64,000 nucleotides of DNA from a bacterium. Lineage in GTDB: Bacteria > SAR324 > XYD2-FULL-50-16. The DNA is taken from contig JAVVEA010000004.1 in the NCBI GenBank assembly GCA_032250835.1, positions 96,001-160,000 on the forward strand, written 5' to 3'. Numbering within the stretch: the first letter of the stretch is position 1; each line of letters opens with the position of its first letter. The translations under genes were made by a program, and so were the position numbers. Below, in pieces: positions 10,481 to 20,745 of the stretch. Below the pieces are notes generated by a model. The model was not told the DNA's origin, ran no database searches, and saw nothing but the letters and a program-made list of their open reading frames with translations.

Positions 10481-10855
10481 TTATTTTTGACGCCCCAAGC
10501 CATATTCGCCCGTCCAAGCACCACGGCGGAACCCCAGCTTCAACCATTTGGGCCAACAGGCCCGCTTCTTTTGCGGATCACCCGGAAAAGGCACCAGGGG
10601 AGGCTCGCCGCCTTTGACTTCACCAAGGTTGCAGGCCTTGGTCATCATCCAGCTATACCCAACCCGCAGTTTTCCGCCTTCGGTTTCGGCCCATTCTAGG
10701 TGCGCCGGTGCTTGCTCATGAAAGAGCAACCGCTTGCGGATTAGACAGCTAAAATAGAGCTCCATCTCCACGTAAAGGGGCCTTTCCCTTAAATCCAGCG
10801 CCTTTCGGGCGGCGGCGTCTAGTTGGATGTTCGGTAAAGGGTGCAGCGGATTCAT
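10481..10855 (-). CDS. Hypothetical protein
   Basis: 124-aa ORF 6 nt after the MCP stop; MELYFSCLIRKR segment and W-rich C-terminus. Confidence 0.7.
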   Translation of the reverse strand: MNPLHPLPNIQLDAAARKALDLRERPLYVEMELYFSCLIRKRLLFHEQAPAHLEWAETEGGKLRVGYSWMMTKACNLGEVKGGEPPLVPFPGDPQKKRACWPKWLKLGFRRGAWTGEYGLGRQK

Positions 10856-10861
10856 GGTTCT

Positions 10862-12451
10862 TTAGGTTTTAAAAACCGACAGTTGGTCTTTTAGCTCTTC
10901 GGCCATGGCGGAGAGATCGTTGACGGTGTGGTCCACCTCTTTCATCGCTTCGGCCAGTTGCCCCATGGCGGTGCTGTTGGTGTAGGCCACTTCATTGATG
11001 TCCGTGGACATGCGGGCCACCTCGCTGGTGCGTCGTTTTTGCCGGTCCACTTCGCCGGCTAAAACCTGGGCCCGTTCGTCGATGGCGGTGACCTTGGAAA
11101 TTAAGGATTCTACCGTATTGGTCGCCCCCATCACGGTCATGTTGCCCATGTTGACATGGGCGTATGATTGCTCGATCAACCGGTTGATTTGGTCGATGGT
11201 GGTCGCACTGCGTTCAGAGAGGGTTTTGACCTCCTGCGCGACGACCGCAAAACCCCGACCAAATTCGCCTGCTTTGGCCGCTTCGATGCTGGCGTTGAGG
11301 CTGAGCAACTTGGTCTGGGTGCCGATCTTGGCGATTTCGGCGGTGAAGTGGATGATCTTTTGGGTTGAGTCGGCGATGCGGCCCATGGCCTGCTCGATGT
11401 TTTTGAGCGCCGCGCGGCTCTGGTCCGTATCGGCCATGGCCGCCTTAACCAGCTGGATCATCTGTTGGGTTTCTTCGCCCATCCGCTGGCCTCCGGCGTC
11501 CAATTCTTCTAGCTCACGGGTGGCGTTCTTGACGGCTTGGTAAGAGCGGTCGGTACCCTGGTTGATTTCGGTGGCGTTGCGGTCCACTTCTTCGATGGTC
11601 GCGGCCAGTTCGGTGGTCGAGGCCGAAAGGGTTTCGGTGTGGCCGTGGACATTGCGGATCAGGTTGCCCACCGAGCAAACCAAACCCGCGAAGGCACGCT
11701 GGCTCTGGCCCACTTCGTCGGCGGCATCGGAGCCAAGGTCGCAGCGTAGGTCCTTAGAGGCTTCAACTTCGGCGACCATCACGGCCATCCGCTTTAAGCG
11801 CCCAGAGATCCGGCCGGTCACGAAAAAACCGAGCCCTAAAGAGATGAAAATCGCCAAGACCGACAAGACGGTGCTGCTGCGGTTGTAGCTCTGCATCCGC
11901 TCGATGGTGGTCCCTAACTGTGCGGTGGCTAATTTGACCTGTTCTTCGGTGAAGGGGGCCAAAACCTCGCTGAGCGCAGCGGCGGCGGAGTCGAAGTCCG
12001 CCATCATCAAATTGCCCCCGGCGGGGCCCCGGTCGATGTAAGCTTGGGCCATCTTTTGGCCCATAGCGTAATAGGCGTCCACCCGTAAAGACAATTGGTT
12101 TAGCTGGTCTAAACCTGCTTGGTTGCCTTCGGCTTGATAAAAGGCGCGGAATTTTTCGAGCCGTTCGTTAAATTCCTGGTAGTTTTTAGCGGCTTCATCA
12201 AAGCCGTCGTTGAGGCCGTCGAGCCCGCGGGTGGCGGAGATGTCGGTCAGCCACTGTTGGATTTGGACAATGTTTTTGTCCATTTGTTGGGCCAACAAAG
12301 CAAAGGGGACGTTGGTGCGTCCGGCGCGGTCCAGGGAACGTTGGATGTCGTTACCCATTTGGTAGGACCAAAGGCTGAGCCCGGCTAACATCAAGGCGGG
12401 CAAGGCCAATAGCGCCAGGATTTTATCTCTGATTTTAATGTTTTGTAACAT
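10862..12451 (-). CDS. Methyl-accepting chemotaxis protein
   Basis: Two TM segments around a helical periplasmic domain (QIQQWLTDISATRG), HAMP, and [27 protein letters not shown]. Confidence 0.93.
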   Translation of the reverse strand: MLQNIKIRDKILALLALPALMLAGLSLWSYQMGNDIQRSLDRAGRTNVPFALLAQQMDKNIVQIQQWLTDISATRGLDGLNDGFDEAAKNYQEFNERLEKFRAFYQAEGNQAGLDQLNQLSLRVDAYYAMGQKMAQAYIDRGPAGGNLMMADFDSAAAALSEVLAPFTEEQVKLATAQLGTTIERMQSYNRSSTVLSVLAIFISLGLGFFVTGRISGRLKRMAVMVAEVEASKDLRCDLGSDAADEVGQSQRAFAGLVCSVGNLIRNVHGHTETLSASTTELAATIEEVDRNATEINQGTDRSYQAVKNATRELEELDAGGQRMGEETQQMIQLVKAAMADTDQSRAALKNIEQAMGRIADSTQKIIHFTAEIAKIGTQTKLLSLNASIEAAKAGEFGRGFAVVAQEVKTLSERSATTIDQINRLIEQSYAHVNMGNMTVMGATNTVESLISKVTAIDERAQVLAGEVDRQKRRTSEVARMSTDINEVAYTNSTAMGQLAEAMKEVDHTVNDLSAMAEELKDQLSVFKT

Positions 12452-12598
12452 CTTTATGCTATCCTAAGCCTGGGGTTCTCTTATAGATTATCCAGTAGAA
12501 CCAAGAAAAGGCAATCTAAAGATCAGCCCCCAATCCAGCCGGACCCTGATCTAACAAGTTTCTGCCTCTTGGCTATTGAAAAATCAGGAGAAAAATTC

Positions 12599-13258
12599 AT
12601 GAATTCTTTAAAGCTAATCAGCTTTGACCTTTGCCCCTTTGTCCAGCGTTCGGTGATCTTACTCAAAGAGAAAGGCTTGGATTTCGAGGTGGAATACATC
12701 GACCTAGCCAACAAGCCCGAATGGTTTTTGAAGATCTCGCCTTTAGGCAAGGTGCCGGTATTGCAAGTTGGAGCGACCATCTTGTTTGAATCGGCGGTGA
12801 TCGCTGAATACCTAGACGAGATCAGCCCCCCTTCGGCACACCCGAAGGACCCGCTGGTAAAGGCCCAAAACCGCGCTTGGATCGAATTCAGTTCTAGCCT
12901 GTTAGGCTCTCAGTTCATGATGTGTTGCGCTGAAGACGCCGCCGGTTACAAAGCCAAGCTTGACGAATTACGCGCTGGGCTGTCGCGCCTAGACGCCCAG
13001 CTCAAGGGCGGCCCCTTTTTTAATGGTGAAAAACCCCATTTGATTGATTTCTGCATCGCTCCGCTGTTCCAGCGGATGGAACTGATCGAGCGGCGCGGCG
13101 GCCCTACGCTGACCCAAGGGATGCTCAAGTTGCGCCATTGGAGCCAAAACCTGCTAGAGCGAAATTCGGTCCAGGACTCGGTTCCCCAAGGCTTTGAAGA
13201 TAAATTTGTCGAATACCTAAAGTCTCGGGGCGGGCATTTGGCCGGTTTGATCCGTTGA
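12599..13258 (+). CDS. Glutathione S-transferase family protein
   Basis: CPFVQR, SPLGKVPVL and FESAVIAEYLDE motifs; AGGAG RBS before ATG 12599. Confidence 0.93.
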   Translation: MNSLKLISFDLCPFVQRSVILLKEKGLDFEVEYIDLANKPEWFLKISPLGKVPVLQVGATILFESAVIAEYLDEISPPSAHPKDPLVKAQNRAWIEFSSSLLGSQFMMCCAEDAAGYKAKLDELRAGLSRLDAQLKGGPFFNGEKPHLIDFCIAPLFQRMELIERRGGPTLTQGMLKLRHWSQNLLERNSVQDSVPQGFEDKFVEYLKSRGGHLAGLIR

Positions 13259-13420
13259 GCTGAGCTTAGCCTAATCGCGGAGAGTTCTTGAGCTTTACCC
13301 GGCTTTCTTGTAACCCATAGAAGCGCCCTGGGTAGTCTAGGGCCACTATGAGGTCTGATGATGCGCACAAACGGTTACCGCCTTTTTAGCACCGGACCCC
13401 GACCGGGCGGGGAACGGTAG

Positions 13421-15082
13421 ATGTCTTGGCTCACCCAGCGCTTAAAGCTGAGTCCTTCGGTGACCACCTACCTCTTGGCGAGGACCTTTTCGATCTATTT
13501 GATCGTGACGATCTTGCTGACTGGGGTGCAGATGCTGTTGCATTACCAACAGACCGAGGCTTATCTAGCCGCCGACCGGGGCAGTCTGCAAAAAACCCTA
13601 GACCCCCACATCCGCCACAGCCTACAAACCCTTAACTACGATTCTTTAGAGGTGGCTTTAGAGGGCCTGCTGACCAACCCCGCAGTGATCGGGGTCAAAG
13701 TTACCGGGCCGCAGGGCGAGACGCTTTTTGCCGGCGGTATCCACCACGATGCTCAGGGGCAATGGACCGCTTTAAAGGGCATCCGGAATTTTTTAAAGAA
13801 CCTGCCCACCGATTTCCAGTTGCCGGAACTCATCGGTCGTCCTATCGAACTGACCAGTCGCTACCGCCTAGAAGGGCGCTTGATCGGGGCGTTACATCTG
13901 TTTGCGGACCAACGCCCTGCCTTCGAACGGGTCCGGCGGGATTTTACCTTGATCTTGATCAACGCCGCTATCAAAACCCTAGTGATTTGGGCGGTCTTTA
14001 TCTACTTCGCCCGTATCTTGATCAGCCGCCCGTTAAGGGACCTTGCCGCCGCCGCCCAGAAGGTGGATTTTAAAAACCCAGAGCTGGTGCTGGCCGATTT
14101 TTCGGCACCTTACGAAAACGAGCTGAAGCTCTTGGGTGATACCTTCAACCGCATGAGCCGCCGTCTGTATCAGGATTTTTTGACCACCCAAAGGTTGCAG
14201 CGCAACCTGACCGAGCAAAACAAAGACTTAGAAGATACCGTCGAGGCGCGGACCCTAGAGCTAGACGAAAAGAACCACCAGTTAGAAGAGGCCTTAGAAA
14301 ATCTGCAACTCTTCCACCAGCAGATGGTTGACTCAATCCACTACGCCCACCGGCTACAGCAGGCGGTCTTACCCCACCCTGAAAGACTCAAGGAAATCTT
14401 ACCAGAGAGCTACTGGTTCAGTGAGGCCAAGGAGATTGTGGGCGGGGACTTTTATTACCTTTGGACTGAGCCGCAATATTTGGTTTTGGGGATCTTCGAC
14501 TGCACGGGCCACGGCATCCCTGGGGCTTTGATGACCATGACCGCCGCCACTGTGCTGCGCCATATTTTGGCCGATGGGACCGCGCTCGGACCGGCGGAGA
14601 TCTTTAAGCAATTGGACCGCGGCCTGCGCGACGCTTTGCAAAAAAGCCAGCAGGCTGATGAAAATGATGAAGGGCTTGATGGGGCTTTGTTGGTGGTGCA
14701 TTGGAGCCAGCGTCGCTTGGTCTTTGCCGGGGCCCATTTGCCGCTGGCCTACATGGACCCTGAAGGCCCCTTAGTCTGGCTCAACGGCACCCGCCAATCG
14801 GTAGGTTACCATAGCTCCCAGGAACCTTTGGAAATCACTGAGCAGGTTTTAGAGCTAAAACCGGGGCGCAGGTATTACCTTTTTACCGACGGCTGTTTTG
14901 ACCAGAAAGGCGGCATCTCCGGGTTCCCTATGGGTAAAGGGCAATGGCGCAGTTGGCTGGAAGAAACGCGGCCCTATAGCTTGGCTGAGCAGGCCCGCCG
15001 CTTAGAGCAGTTGCAGTCTCAGTGGTCTTTGGGGCGAGGTACGACCGATGACCGCAGCTTGTTGGTTTTTGAACTGCCTTAA
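13421..15082 (+). CDS. Membrane HAMP + SpoIIE/PP2C phosphatase
   Basis: Two TM segments, HAMP, VGGDFY, DCTGHGIPGA, FTDG and TDDRS motifs. Confidence 0.9.
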   Translation: MSWLTQRLKLSPSVTTYLLARTFSIYLIVTILLTGVQMLLHYQQTEAYLAADRGSLQKTLDPHIRHSLQTLNYDSLEVALEGLLTNPAVIGVKVTGPQGETLFAGGIHHDAQGQWTALKGIRNFLKNLPTDFQLPELIGRPIELTSRYRLEGRLIGALHLFADQRPAFERVRRDFTLILINAAIKTLVIWAVFIYFARILISRPLRDLAAAAQKVDFKNPELVLADFSAPYENELKLLGDTFNRMSRRLYQDFLTTQRLQRNLTEQNKDLEDTVEARTLELDEKNHQLEEALENLQLFHQQMVDSIHYAHRLQQAVLPHPERLKEILPESYWFSEAKEIVGGDFYYLWTEPQYLVLGIFDCTGHGIPGALMTMTAATVLRHILADGTALGPAEIFKQLDRGLRDALQKSQQADENDEGLDGALLVVHWSQRRLVFAGAHLPLAYMDPEGPLVWLNGTRQSVGYHSSQEPLEITEQVLELKPGRRYYLFTDGCFDQKGGISGFPMGKGQWRSWLEETRPYSLAEQARRLEQLQSQWSLGRGTTDDRSLLVFELP

Positions 15083-15189
15083 AACCTTGGGCTCGGGAAA
15101 TTGTTGCCAACAGCGGCTAGGCAAGACGCCCGAAGGGCGCTAGAGTGACCGCAGAAATACCCAACTTTTAGAACAACCAAAAAGCTTTT

Positions 15190-15816
15190 ATGTTTCCCTT
15201 GATTTTTGACCTCTTTGAGCGCGGCGGGATCATGATGTATCCCCTTTTGCTCTGTTCGGTCTTGGTGCTCACCCTCACCATCGAACGCGTCCTGGTGCTG
15301 CGCCGTCAGTCGCTGTTGCCTAAAAGCGCCTTGGAGCGTTGGCGGAGCTGGCTCGGTCAGGGGGTACCCGTACCACTACCCCCGTCCAGCCCGGCTTTGC
15401 TGGACCAATTGTTGTTGCCCATCTTGCCCTATTTTCCGATCCCTCTTTCGCGCCTAGAGGAGCGTTTTTCGGACCTCTCGCGCAAAGCCAAAAACCGCCT
15501 GGAACGGGGTGTGGTTTATCTCGACACCATCGCCGGAGTGGCCCCGTTGTTGGGTCTTCTGGGGACTGCGCTGGGTATGGTGGAGGTCTTTGCTAAGCTG
15601 AGTTTAGGCGGGCAAACCAAGATCGAAGCCCTTTCGGGCGGCATCAGCCAAGCCTTATTGACCACTGTGGCGGGCTTGGTGGTGGGGATTCCGGCGCTGA
15701 TCGCCGCGAACCTTTTCACCCGGCAGATCGAGAACCTTTTACTCAGCGCTGAAGACCAAGTAAACGGCTTGTTGGATCAATATTTTGACCAGATGATTGA
15801 TCATGAAACTCGTTGA
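15190..15816 (+). CDS. exbB: MotA/TolQ/ExbB proton channel protein
   Basis: APLLGLLGTALGM and GISQALLTTVAGL motifs. Confidence 0.88.
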   Translation: MFPLIFDLFERGGIMMYPLLLCSVLVLTLTIERVLVLRRQSLLPKSALERWRSWLGQGVPVPLPPSSPALLDQLLLPILPYFPIPLSRLEERFSDLSRKAKNRLERGVVYLDTIAGVAPLLGLLGTALGMVEVFAKLSLGGQTKIEALSGGISQALLTTVAGLVVGIPALIAANLFTRQIENLLLSAEDQVNGLLDQYFDQMIDHETR

Positions 15817-16201
15817 GTTTAAAAAGCGGCAAACCCAAATCAACCTGACCGCCTTGATCGACGTATTGTTTTTGTTGATCATTTTCTTTTCGGTGAGCAC
15901 TAAGTTTGCCAACCAAGAGGCGGTACCTATCGACTTACCCAAAGCCAAGACCGCTCAGGGGCTTTCGGTGCAGACCCGCTTGGTGATCGGCCTGAAAGAC
16001 GAAAACCATCTCTGGCTCAACGGCAGCAAAGTCACTTGGGAACAATTAGACGCCGAACTGGCCAATCCGCTTTTTGACCGCAATGAAAAGGTGGTGCTGA
16101 ACATCGACCAAAAAGTTCCCTATGGTAAGGTGATCTCATTGCTCGACCAATTACGGGAAAATAATTTCGAGAAGGTGGCCTTTGGCTCGGAAAGTCCCTG
16201 A
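15803..16201 (+). CDS. exbD: ExbD/TolR biopolymer transport protein
   Basis: INLTALIDVLFLLIIFF and IDLPKA motifs. Confidence 0.88.
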   Translation: MKLVEFKKRQTQINLTALIDVLFLLIIFFSVSTKFANQEAVPIDLPKAKTAQGLSVQTRLVIGLKDENHLWLNGSKVTWEQLDAELANPLFDRNEKVVLNIDQKVPYGKVISLLDQLRENNFEKVAFGSESP

Positions 16202-16958
16202 AATCTGGATTTGGATCGCGGCCCTAGCTTTGGCTCTGGTGATCCATTTGGCCACGCTGCCCGGTGTGTCCCAGTGGATATCCAAGGCTTTTTTGGCCCA
16301 GCCTCGATCCGCTCCGATCACCTTAGACTTAACCCAAGCTTTGCCGCCTCAGGTCCAACCCAAGCCGCCCCAGCGAAAATCCCCCTCGAAGTTTGAGCCC
16401 CTGCCTGAGGAAGAGAAGGTCTTGACCGACGCACCGGACCATATCGACCCCAAGGCCATGAGCAGTGGGCCCAAAGCGGGCGGGGCACAGGACCAAGGAA
16501 CCAAAAAGGCGCAGCGTAAGGGTGAGGGGGCCGCCGAAGCGGAGAAGTTCTTTAAAAATAACGGCCCCCTTTCGACCGGCGAAGGCGGCCTAAACTACGC
16601 GATCAACAATTACCAATGGAGCTATGAGCGGTTCATGAAGAACTGGGCGGTGGCTTTAAGCCAGCGTTGGCTGGCTCCGGCGGACTACCTAAAGGGCCTT
16701 GTGCCCGAAGGCGGTTATGTCTGGGTTAAGGTGATCCTGAGTAAAGACGGCGGGGTGCAGAGTTTTGAGGTGATCGAACACAACGTGACCGATGACATGG
16801 CGGCCATGGTGGTTTATGCCATCAACGGGGTACGCACCCGCCCCCCGCTCCCGGAAAATTTCCCTGAAGAGAAACTAGTCGCCTATTGGCGCTTTATCTA
16901 TCCCCCCTTTGAACAACTCAAAGCCATGCTCGAAGCGCAACGCCAAGGTGGGTCATGA
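16182..16958 (+). CDS. TonB/TolA-like energy transducer
   Basis: N-terminal TM containing His (LVIHL), Pro/Lys linker, TonB-C-like end (PPLPENFP); follows exbBD. Confidence 0.65.
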   Translation: MARKVPEIWIWIAALALALVIHLATLPGVSQWISKAFLAQPRSAPITLDLTQALPPQVQPKPPQRKSPSKFEPLPEEEKVLTDAPDHIDPKAMSSGPKAGGAQDQGTKKAQRKGEGAAEAEKFFKNNGPLSTGEGGLNYAINNYQWSYERFMKNWAVALSQRWLAPADYLKGLVPEGGYVWVKVILSKDGGVQSFEVIEHNVTDDMAAMVVYAINGVRTRPPLPENFPEEKLVAYWRFIYPPFEQLKAMLEAQRQGGS

Positions 16959-18091
16959 ATCCCTTTGAATTAACCATCGAGCGCTGGGCTTGGCCGGGCT
17001 TAGGGATGGGGTATTTTGAAGAGAAGGCCGTCTTTCTGCCCAATGTCCTGCCCGGTGAGCGGGTGCGGGCTGAATTGATCAAAGCCGGAAAAAAGCACCT
17101 AGAAGCGCGCTTGGTCGAGGTATTAGACGCAGCGGACCAAAGGGTCCAGCCGGACTGTCGTCAATATCCGGCCTGCGGCGGTTGCGGCCTGTTGCATCTA
17201 AGCTACGGCGACCAACTCCAGATGAAGACGCAATTATTGGGCGAGTTGCTTAACCGCCACCAGTTAGAAGCTCCCTTTGAGGTCCGGCCCGCGCCCCAAC
17301 CGCTGGCCTACCGCTATAAGGCGAGCCTGAAAAGCGATGGGGCCCTGATCGGCTTGAATCGCTACCGTAGCGAACAGTTACTAAAGATCACCGACTGTTG
17401 CTTGGTTTTGCCGCCCCAGATGTTAGAGGCCGTGGCCCAGATCGAGCCCCGCTCGGATTGGGACTTAAAGGCTTTGCTTTCGCGCTCCAGTGGCAAGTTG
17501 GCGCTGATCTGGGACAAGCGGGGACAGACCAAACCCCAGGTGGGCTATGGGCAGACGGTTATCGAAGATTATGGGGCCGGGCCGATTGAGTTGCAGGCGG
17601 CAAGGTTTTGCCAGTCCAACCCGATGGTGACGGAGCAGATTTTAGGGGACCTTAAAGAAGCGTTGGGCGGGATCACCCATTTGGTGGAACACTACGCTGG
17701 GGCAGGCACCTTGACCCTGGCGCTGGCACCACAGATGACCAAGCTTTGGGCCTTTGAGTCCGAACCGGGGGCCGCCAAGCTGGGCGCACGCAATTTGGGG
17801 TCTTTTGAGGCGGTGCGTTTTAAGGCCGCCCGCGCTGAGGGGGCCCAAATCCCCCAAGAGGCCGAAGCGCTGTTGGTGGACCCGCCCCGTGCCGGGATGG
17901 CATCCGCCCTGGTCGATGCGGCGCTGGTTTCAAAGTTAAGCCGGATCGTTTATTTAAGCTGCGACCCCCAGACCCAAGCCCGCGATTTGGCCCGGTTGGT
18001 TGCCGGTGGGTTTCAGTTAGAGTGGGTGCGGGGGTACGATATGTACCCCCAGACCGGGCACCTGGAGTCTCTGGCTTTACTGAGCCGTTAA
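16955..18091 (+). CDS. TrmA/RlmD-family RNA m5U methyltransferase with TRAM domain
   Basis: CRQYPACGGC, DPPRAG, YLSCDP and DMYPQTGHLE motifs. Confidence 0.88.
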   Translation: MNPFELTIERWAWPGLGMGYFEEKAVFLPNVLPGERVRAELIKAGKKHLEARLVEVLDAADQRVQPDCRQYPACGGCGLLHLSYGDQLQMKTQLLGELLNRHQLEAPFEVRPAPQPLAYRYKASLKSDGALIGLNRYRSEQLLKITDCCLVLPPQMLEAVAQIEPRSDWDLKALLSRSSGKLALIWDKRGQTKPQVGYGQTVIEDYGAGPIELQAARFCQSNPMVTEQILGDLKEALGGITHLVEHYAGAGTLTLALAPQMTKLWAFESEPGAAKLGARNLGSFEAVRFKAARAEGAQIPQEAEALLVDPPRAGMASALVDAALVSKLSRIVYLSCDPQTQARDLARLVAGGFQLEWVRGYDMYPQTGHLESLALLSR

Positions 18092-18507
18092 AAATCCGGG
18101 GTCGGGGGGCGCAAAGCCTTGGCTTGGCGGAACTCAAAGATCCGCTCGATCCGCTCGACTAACATAGGCGCGTCGTAGGGCTTGGTCATGTAGCTATCGG
18201 CCCCGGCCTTGAGCGCTTCCATCATCTCGTCAGGTTCCTCTTCGCCGGTGACCAACAAAACCGGTATTTCCGCCAGCGCAGGGTTGGCTCGGATCGCTTC
18301 GAGCAATTCTAGGCCGCTCATCTTGGGCATGGACCAGTCGATCACCGCCAAGTCAAAGGGCTCCTCTTGCATACGGTCTAAGGCCAGAAATCCGTCTTCG
18401 ACCACTTCTACGTCCGAATAACCTAAGCTTTGGAAGATCTTGCGCGCCAACAGGCGGATGCCTAAGGAGTCGTCGACGACGATGATTCTTAAATGTTCGA
18501 TAGACAT
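18088..18507 (-). CDS. CheY-like single-domain response regulator
   Basis: VVDD, DWSMPKMSG, VTG and KPY motifs. Confidence 0.9.
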   Translation of the reverse strand: MSIEHLRIIVVDDSLGIRLLARKIFQSLGYSDVEVVEDGFLALDRMQEEPFDLAVIDWSMPKMSGLELLEAIRANPALAEIPVLLVTGEEEPDEMMEALKAGADSYMTKPYDAPMLVERIERIFEFRQAKALRPPTPDF

Positions 18508-18621
18508 GCCCTCTCCGGCAAAGACGTTGAATTCAGGTGTGAAACAGGCTAGCTTGGGCTCATCCCGCTGATGAGCTTACGAGGGCCCAGCAGAAGAAGC
18601 AAGCCTAAGACCCAAAGGACC

Positions 18622-20745
18622 ATGTCGAAGCAAAATGCGCTGAAGGAACAATACTTGGCCGCACTGGCCGAGCGGATCGAGTCTTCGGACCCCCAGACCC
18701 GCTTCGAAGCGGCTCAAGTGGCCTTCCAACTCTTCAGCCAACTGACCGAAGAATTAGCCCCCGAAGGGGCGGTGGCCTATCAGTTCGGCGAGCGCTTCGC
18801 CCAAGCGGACCTTCCCTTTTTTTCTAGCCCCGACGACGAAACCAAACAAAGCCGCGAGGCCGCCTTTGCAGCCCGCCTGGCGTTGATTTGCGGATTGCCG
18901 GGCCTACAATCGGCCAGCCCTTGGACCACCCACCTGTTGGCCTCGGTGGCCGAAGAGGTCCAGCTAGAGCCGGGCGAGGACTTCTTATCGCCCTACCGCC
19001 CGGTGACGGGGTTGTATCTGGTGCCCGGTGAGGTGCTTTCACCGGGCCTGGGGTTGCGCCTACCGCTGGCAGAGAGCGGTGGGATCTTTGGGGAGCAGTC
19101 TTGCCGGTTCGAGACGGTCCAAGCGGCGATGCCCTTGCAAGTCGCGCAGTCAACCGGGGCCTTACTGGTGCCCAAAGACCGGCTTTTGGCCCTGCTGCCC
19201 TGGAATCCGGAGTTGCGGGGGTTGTTGATCGAGACGGTGTTGGATAAAAACAGCCAGAAGATCAAAAAACTATCCCAGGAATTTCTGGCCTGTAACGCCG
19301 AGTTGAGGCTCTCCCAGCAGATTTTAGACAACATCGGTCAGGCCAGCCTTTCGATTGATGAAAAAGGCGAAATCGGTAGCCACTATTCCTCGGTAGCCGC
19401 GCAGTATCTGGGGCACCAGGAATTGGCCGGGCGTCCCTTTGCTGATTTGATCCTACAGGGCGACCGCAAAGCTTTGCGGTCCTATTACCGGGCTTTGGCC
19501 ATGATCTTCGGCGGCAACCAATTTGACCCCAAGGTGGTTTTGGAACTGCTGCCCAAGCGCGCCAACCTCCATGGCCGTCAGTTCAGGCTGCATTATTATT
19601 TTACAGACGACCATTTAGGTTTTGTCACTTCCGTCTTTGTGCGGCTCGAAGACATCACCAAAGAACTAGCGCTGCAAGCCCGCCAACAGGCTGAAGCGGA
19701 GCGCGAAGAGCTGGACCGCAAGGTACAAGAGAAAATCCGCGCCAACCTGGGGGCCTTTTTGAGTCTTTTGGACTTGATCGAATACAACCAAGCCCACCTA
19801 GAGGACCTCAACAAAAACCTCTTGGCCCAAACCCAGCCAGATCCCCAAGATTTACGCGGGATGATGAAAGAGTTACACAGCATCAAAGGGCTTTGTGGTC
19901 AGTTTGGCTTGGGCGACTTAAAAACCCAGGTCCATCAGGCCGAAGAACAGATCCAGCGCTGTGCGCGGGGCGAAGGTGTCGCCGCAGATATGCTTGAGGC
20001 AATCAAAATCACCAAAAAAGGCTACCGCCGCGCCAAGGGCTTGATTGATAGCTTGGGGCCCGAGGTGGTGCGGATTTTAAGGGGAGTTAACTTTGAGCGT
20101 GGGGAGTACGACCTGCTGGTTGCCGCAGTGCACGCCAAGGATTGGGAGCAGGTCGGGGAGCTGGTGTTGTCGCGCGACCTAGTACCGGCGGCCAAGGTGG
20201 TCGAACATTGGGAAAGGGACTTAAAGGAGTTGGCCAAAGACTTGGGCAAACAGGTTTCCTTTACCTTCAACGCACCTGCAGACCTGAGCCTGCACCAGGA
20301 CCTAGCCCGGATCTTAAACTTCGAGTTACGCCATTGTTACCGCAACGCCATCGACCACGGCATTGAGCTACCGGAGCAACGTCAAGCGGCGGGCAAGGAC
20401 CCGGTGGGCCAGATCACCGCCAGCTTGGAAGTCAAGGCAGGGCGTTTGACGCTAAGCCTGCAAGACGACGGGGCGGGGATCGACTGGGAACGGATCAAAA
20501 ACAAAGCCCTAGAGAAAGACCATCTGGACCACGCCGTGGTACAAGGCCTGATCGACCAGGGGGAGCCTTGGCGTATCTTATTGCTGCCCGGTTTCAGTAG
20601 TCAGGATATGGTCAGCCAAGTTTCGGGTCGAGGGGTGGGGCTAGATGCGGTGGAGTCTGCGGTCGGCGAGCTGGGCGGAACCTTGACGATCCAGAGCGAG
20701 TTAGGCCAGGGCACCTGCTTCTTGGTGGATTTGCCCTTAAGTTAA
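18622..20745 (+). CDS. CheA-like kinase (sensor region + Hpt + HATPase, no CheW domain)
   Basis: ELHSIKGLCG, RNAIDHGIE, DDGAG and SGRGVGL motifs; AAGGA RBS before ATG 18622. Confidence 0.85.
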   Translation: MSKQNALKEQYLAALAERIESSDPQTRFEAAQVAFQLFSQLTEELAPEGAVAYQFGERFAQADLPFFSSPDDETKQSREAAFAARLALICGLPGLQSASPWTTHLLASVAEEVQLEPGEDFLSPYRPVTGLYLVPGEVLSPGLGLRLPLAESGGIFGEQSCRFETVQAAMPLQVAQSTGALLVPKDRLLALLPWNPELRGLLIETVLDKNSQKIKKLSQEFLACNAELRLSQQILDNIGQASLSIDEKGEIGSHYSSVAAQYLGHQELAGRPFADLILQGDRKALRSYYRALAMIFGGNQFDPKVVLELLPKRANLHGRQFRLHYYFTDDHLGFVTSVFVRLEDITKELALQARQQAEAEREELDRKVQEKIRANLGAFLSLLDLIEYNQAHLEDLNKNLLAQTQPDPQDLRGMMKELHSIKGLCGQFGLGDLKTQVHQAEEQIQRCARGEGVAADMLEAIKITKKGYRRAKGLIDSLGPEVVRILRGVNFERGEYDLLVAAVHAKDWEQVGELVLSRDLVPAAKVVEHWERDLKELAKDLGKQVSFTFNAPADLSLHQDLARILNFELRHCYRNAIDHGIELPEQRQAAGKDPVGQITASLEVKAGRLTLSLQDDGAGIDWERIKNKALEKDHLDHAVVQGLIDQGEPWRILLLPGFSSQDMVSQVSGRGVGLDAVESAVGELGGTLTIQSELGQGTCFLVDLPLS

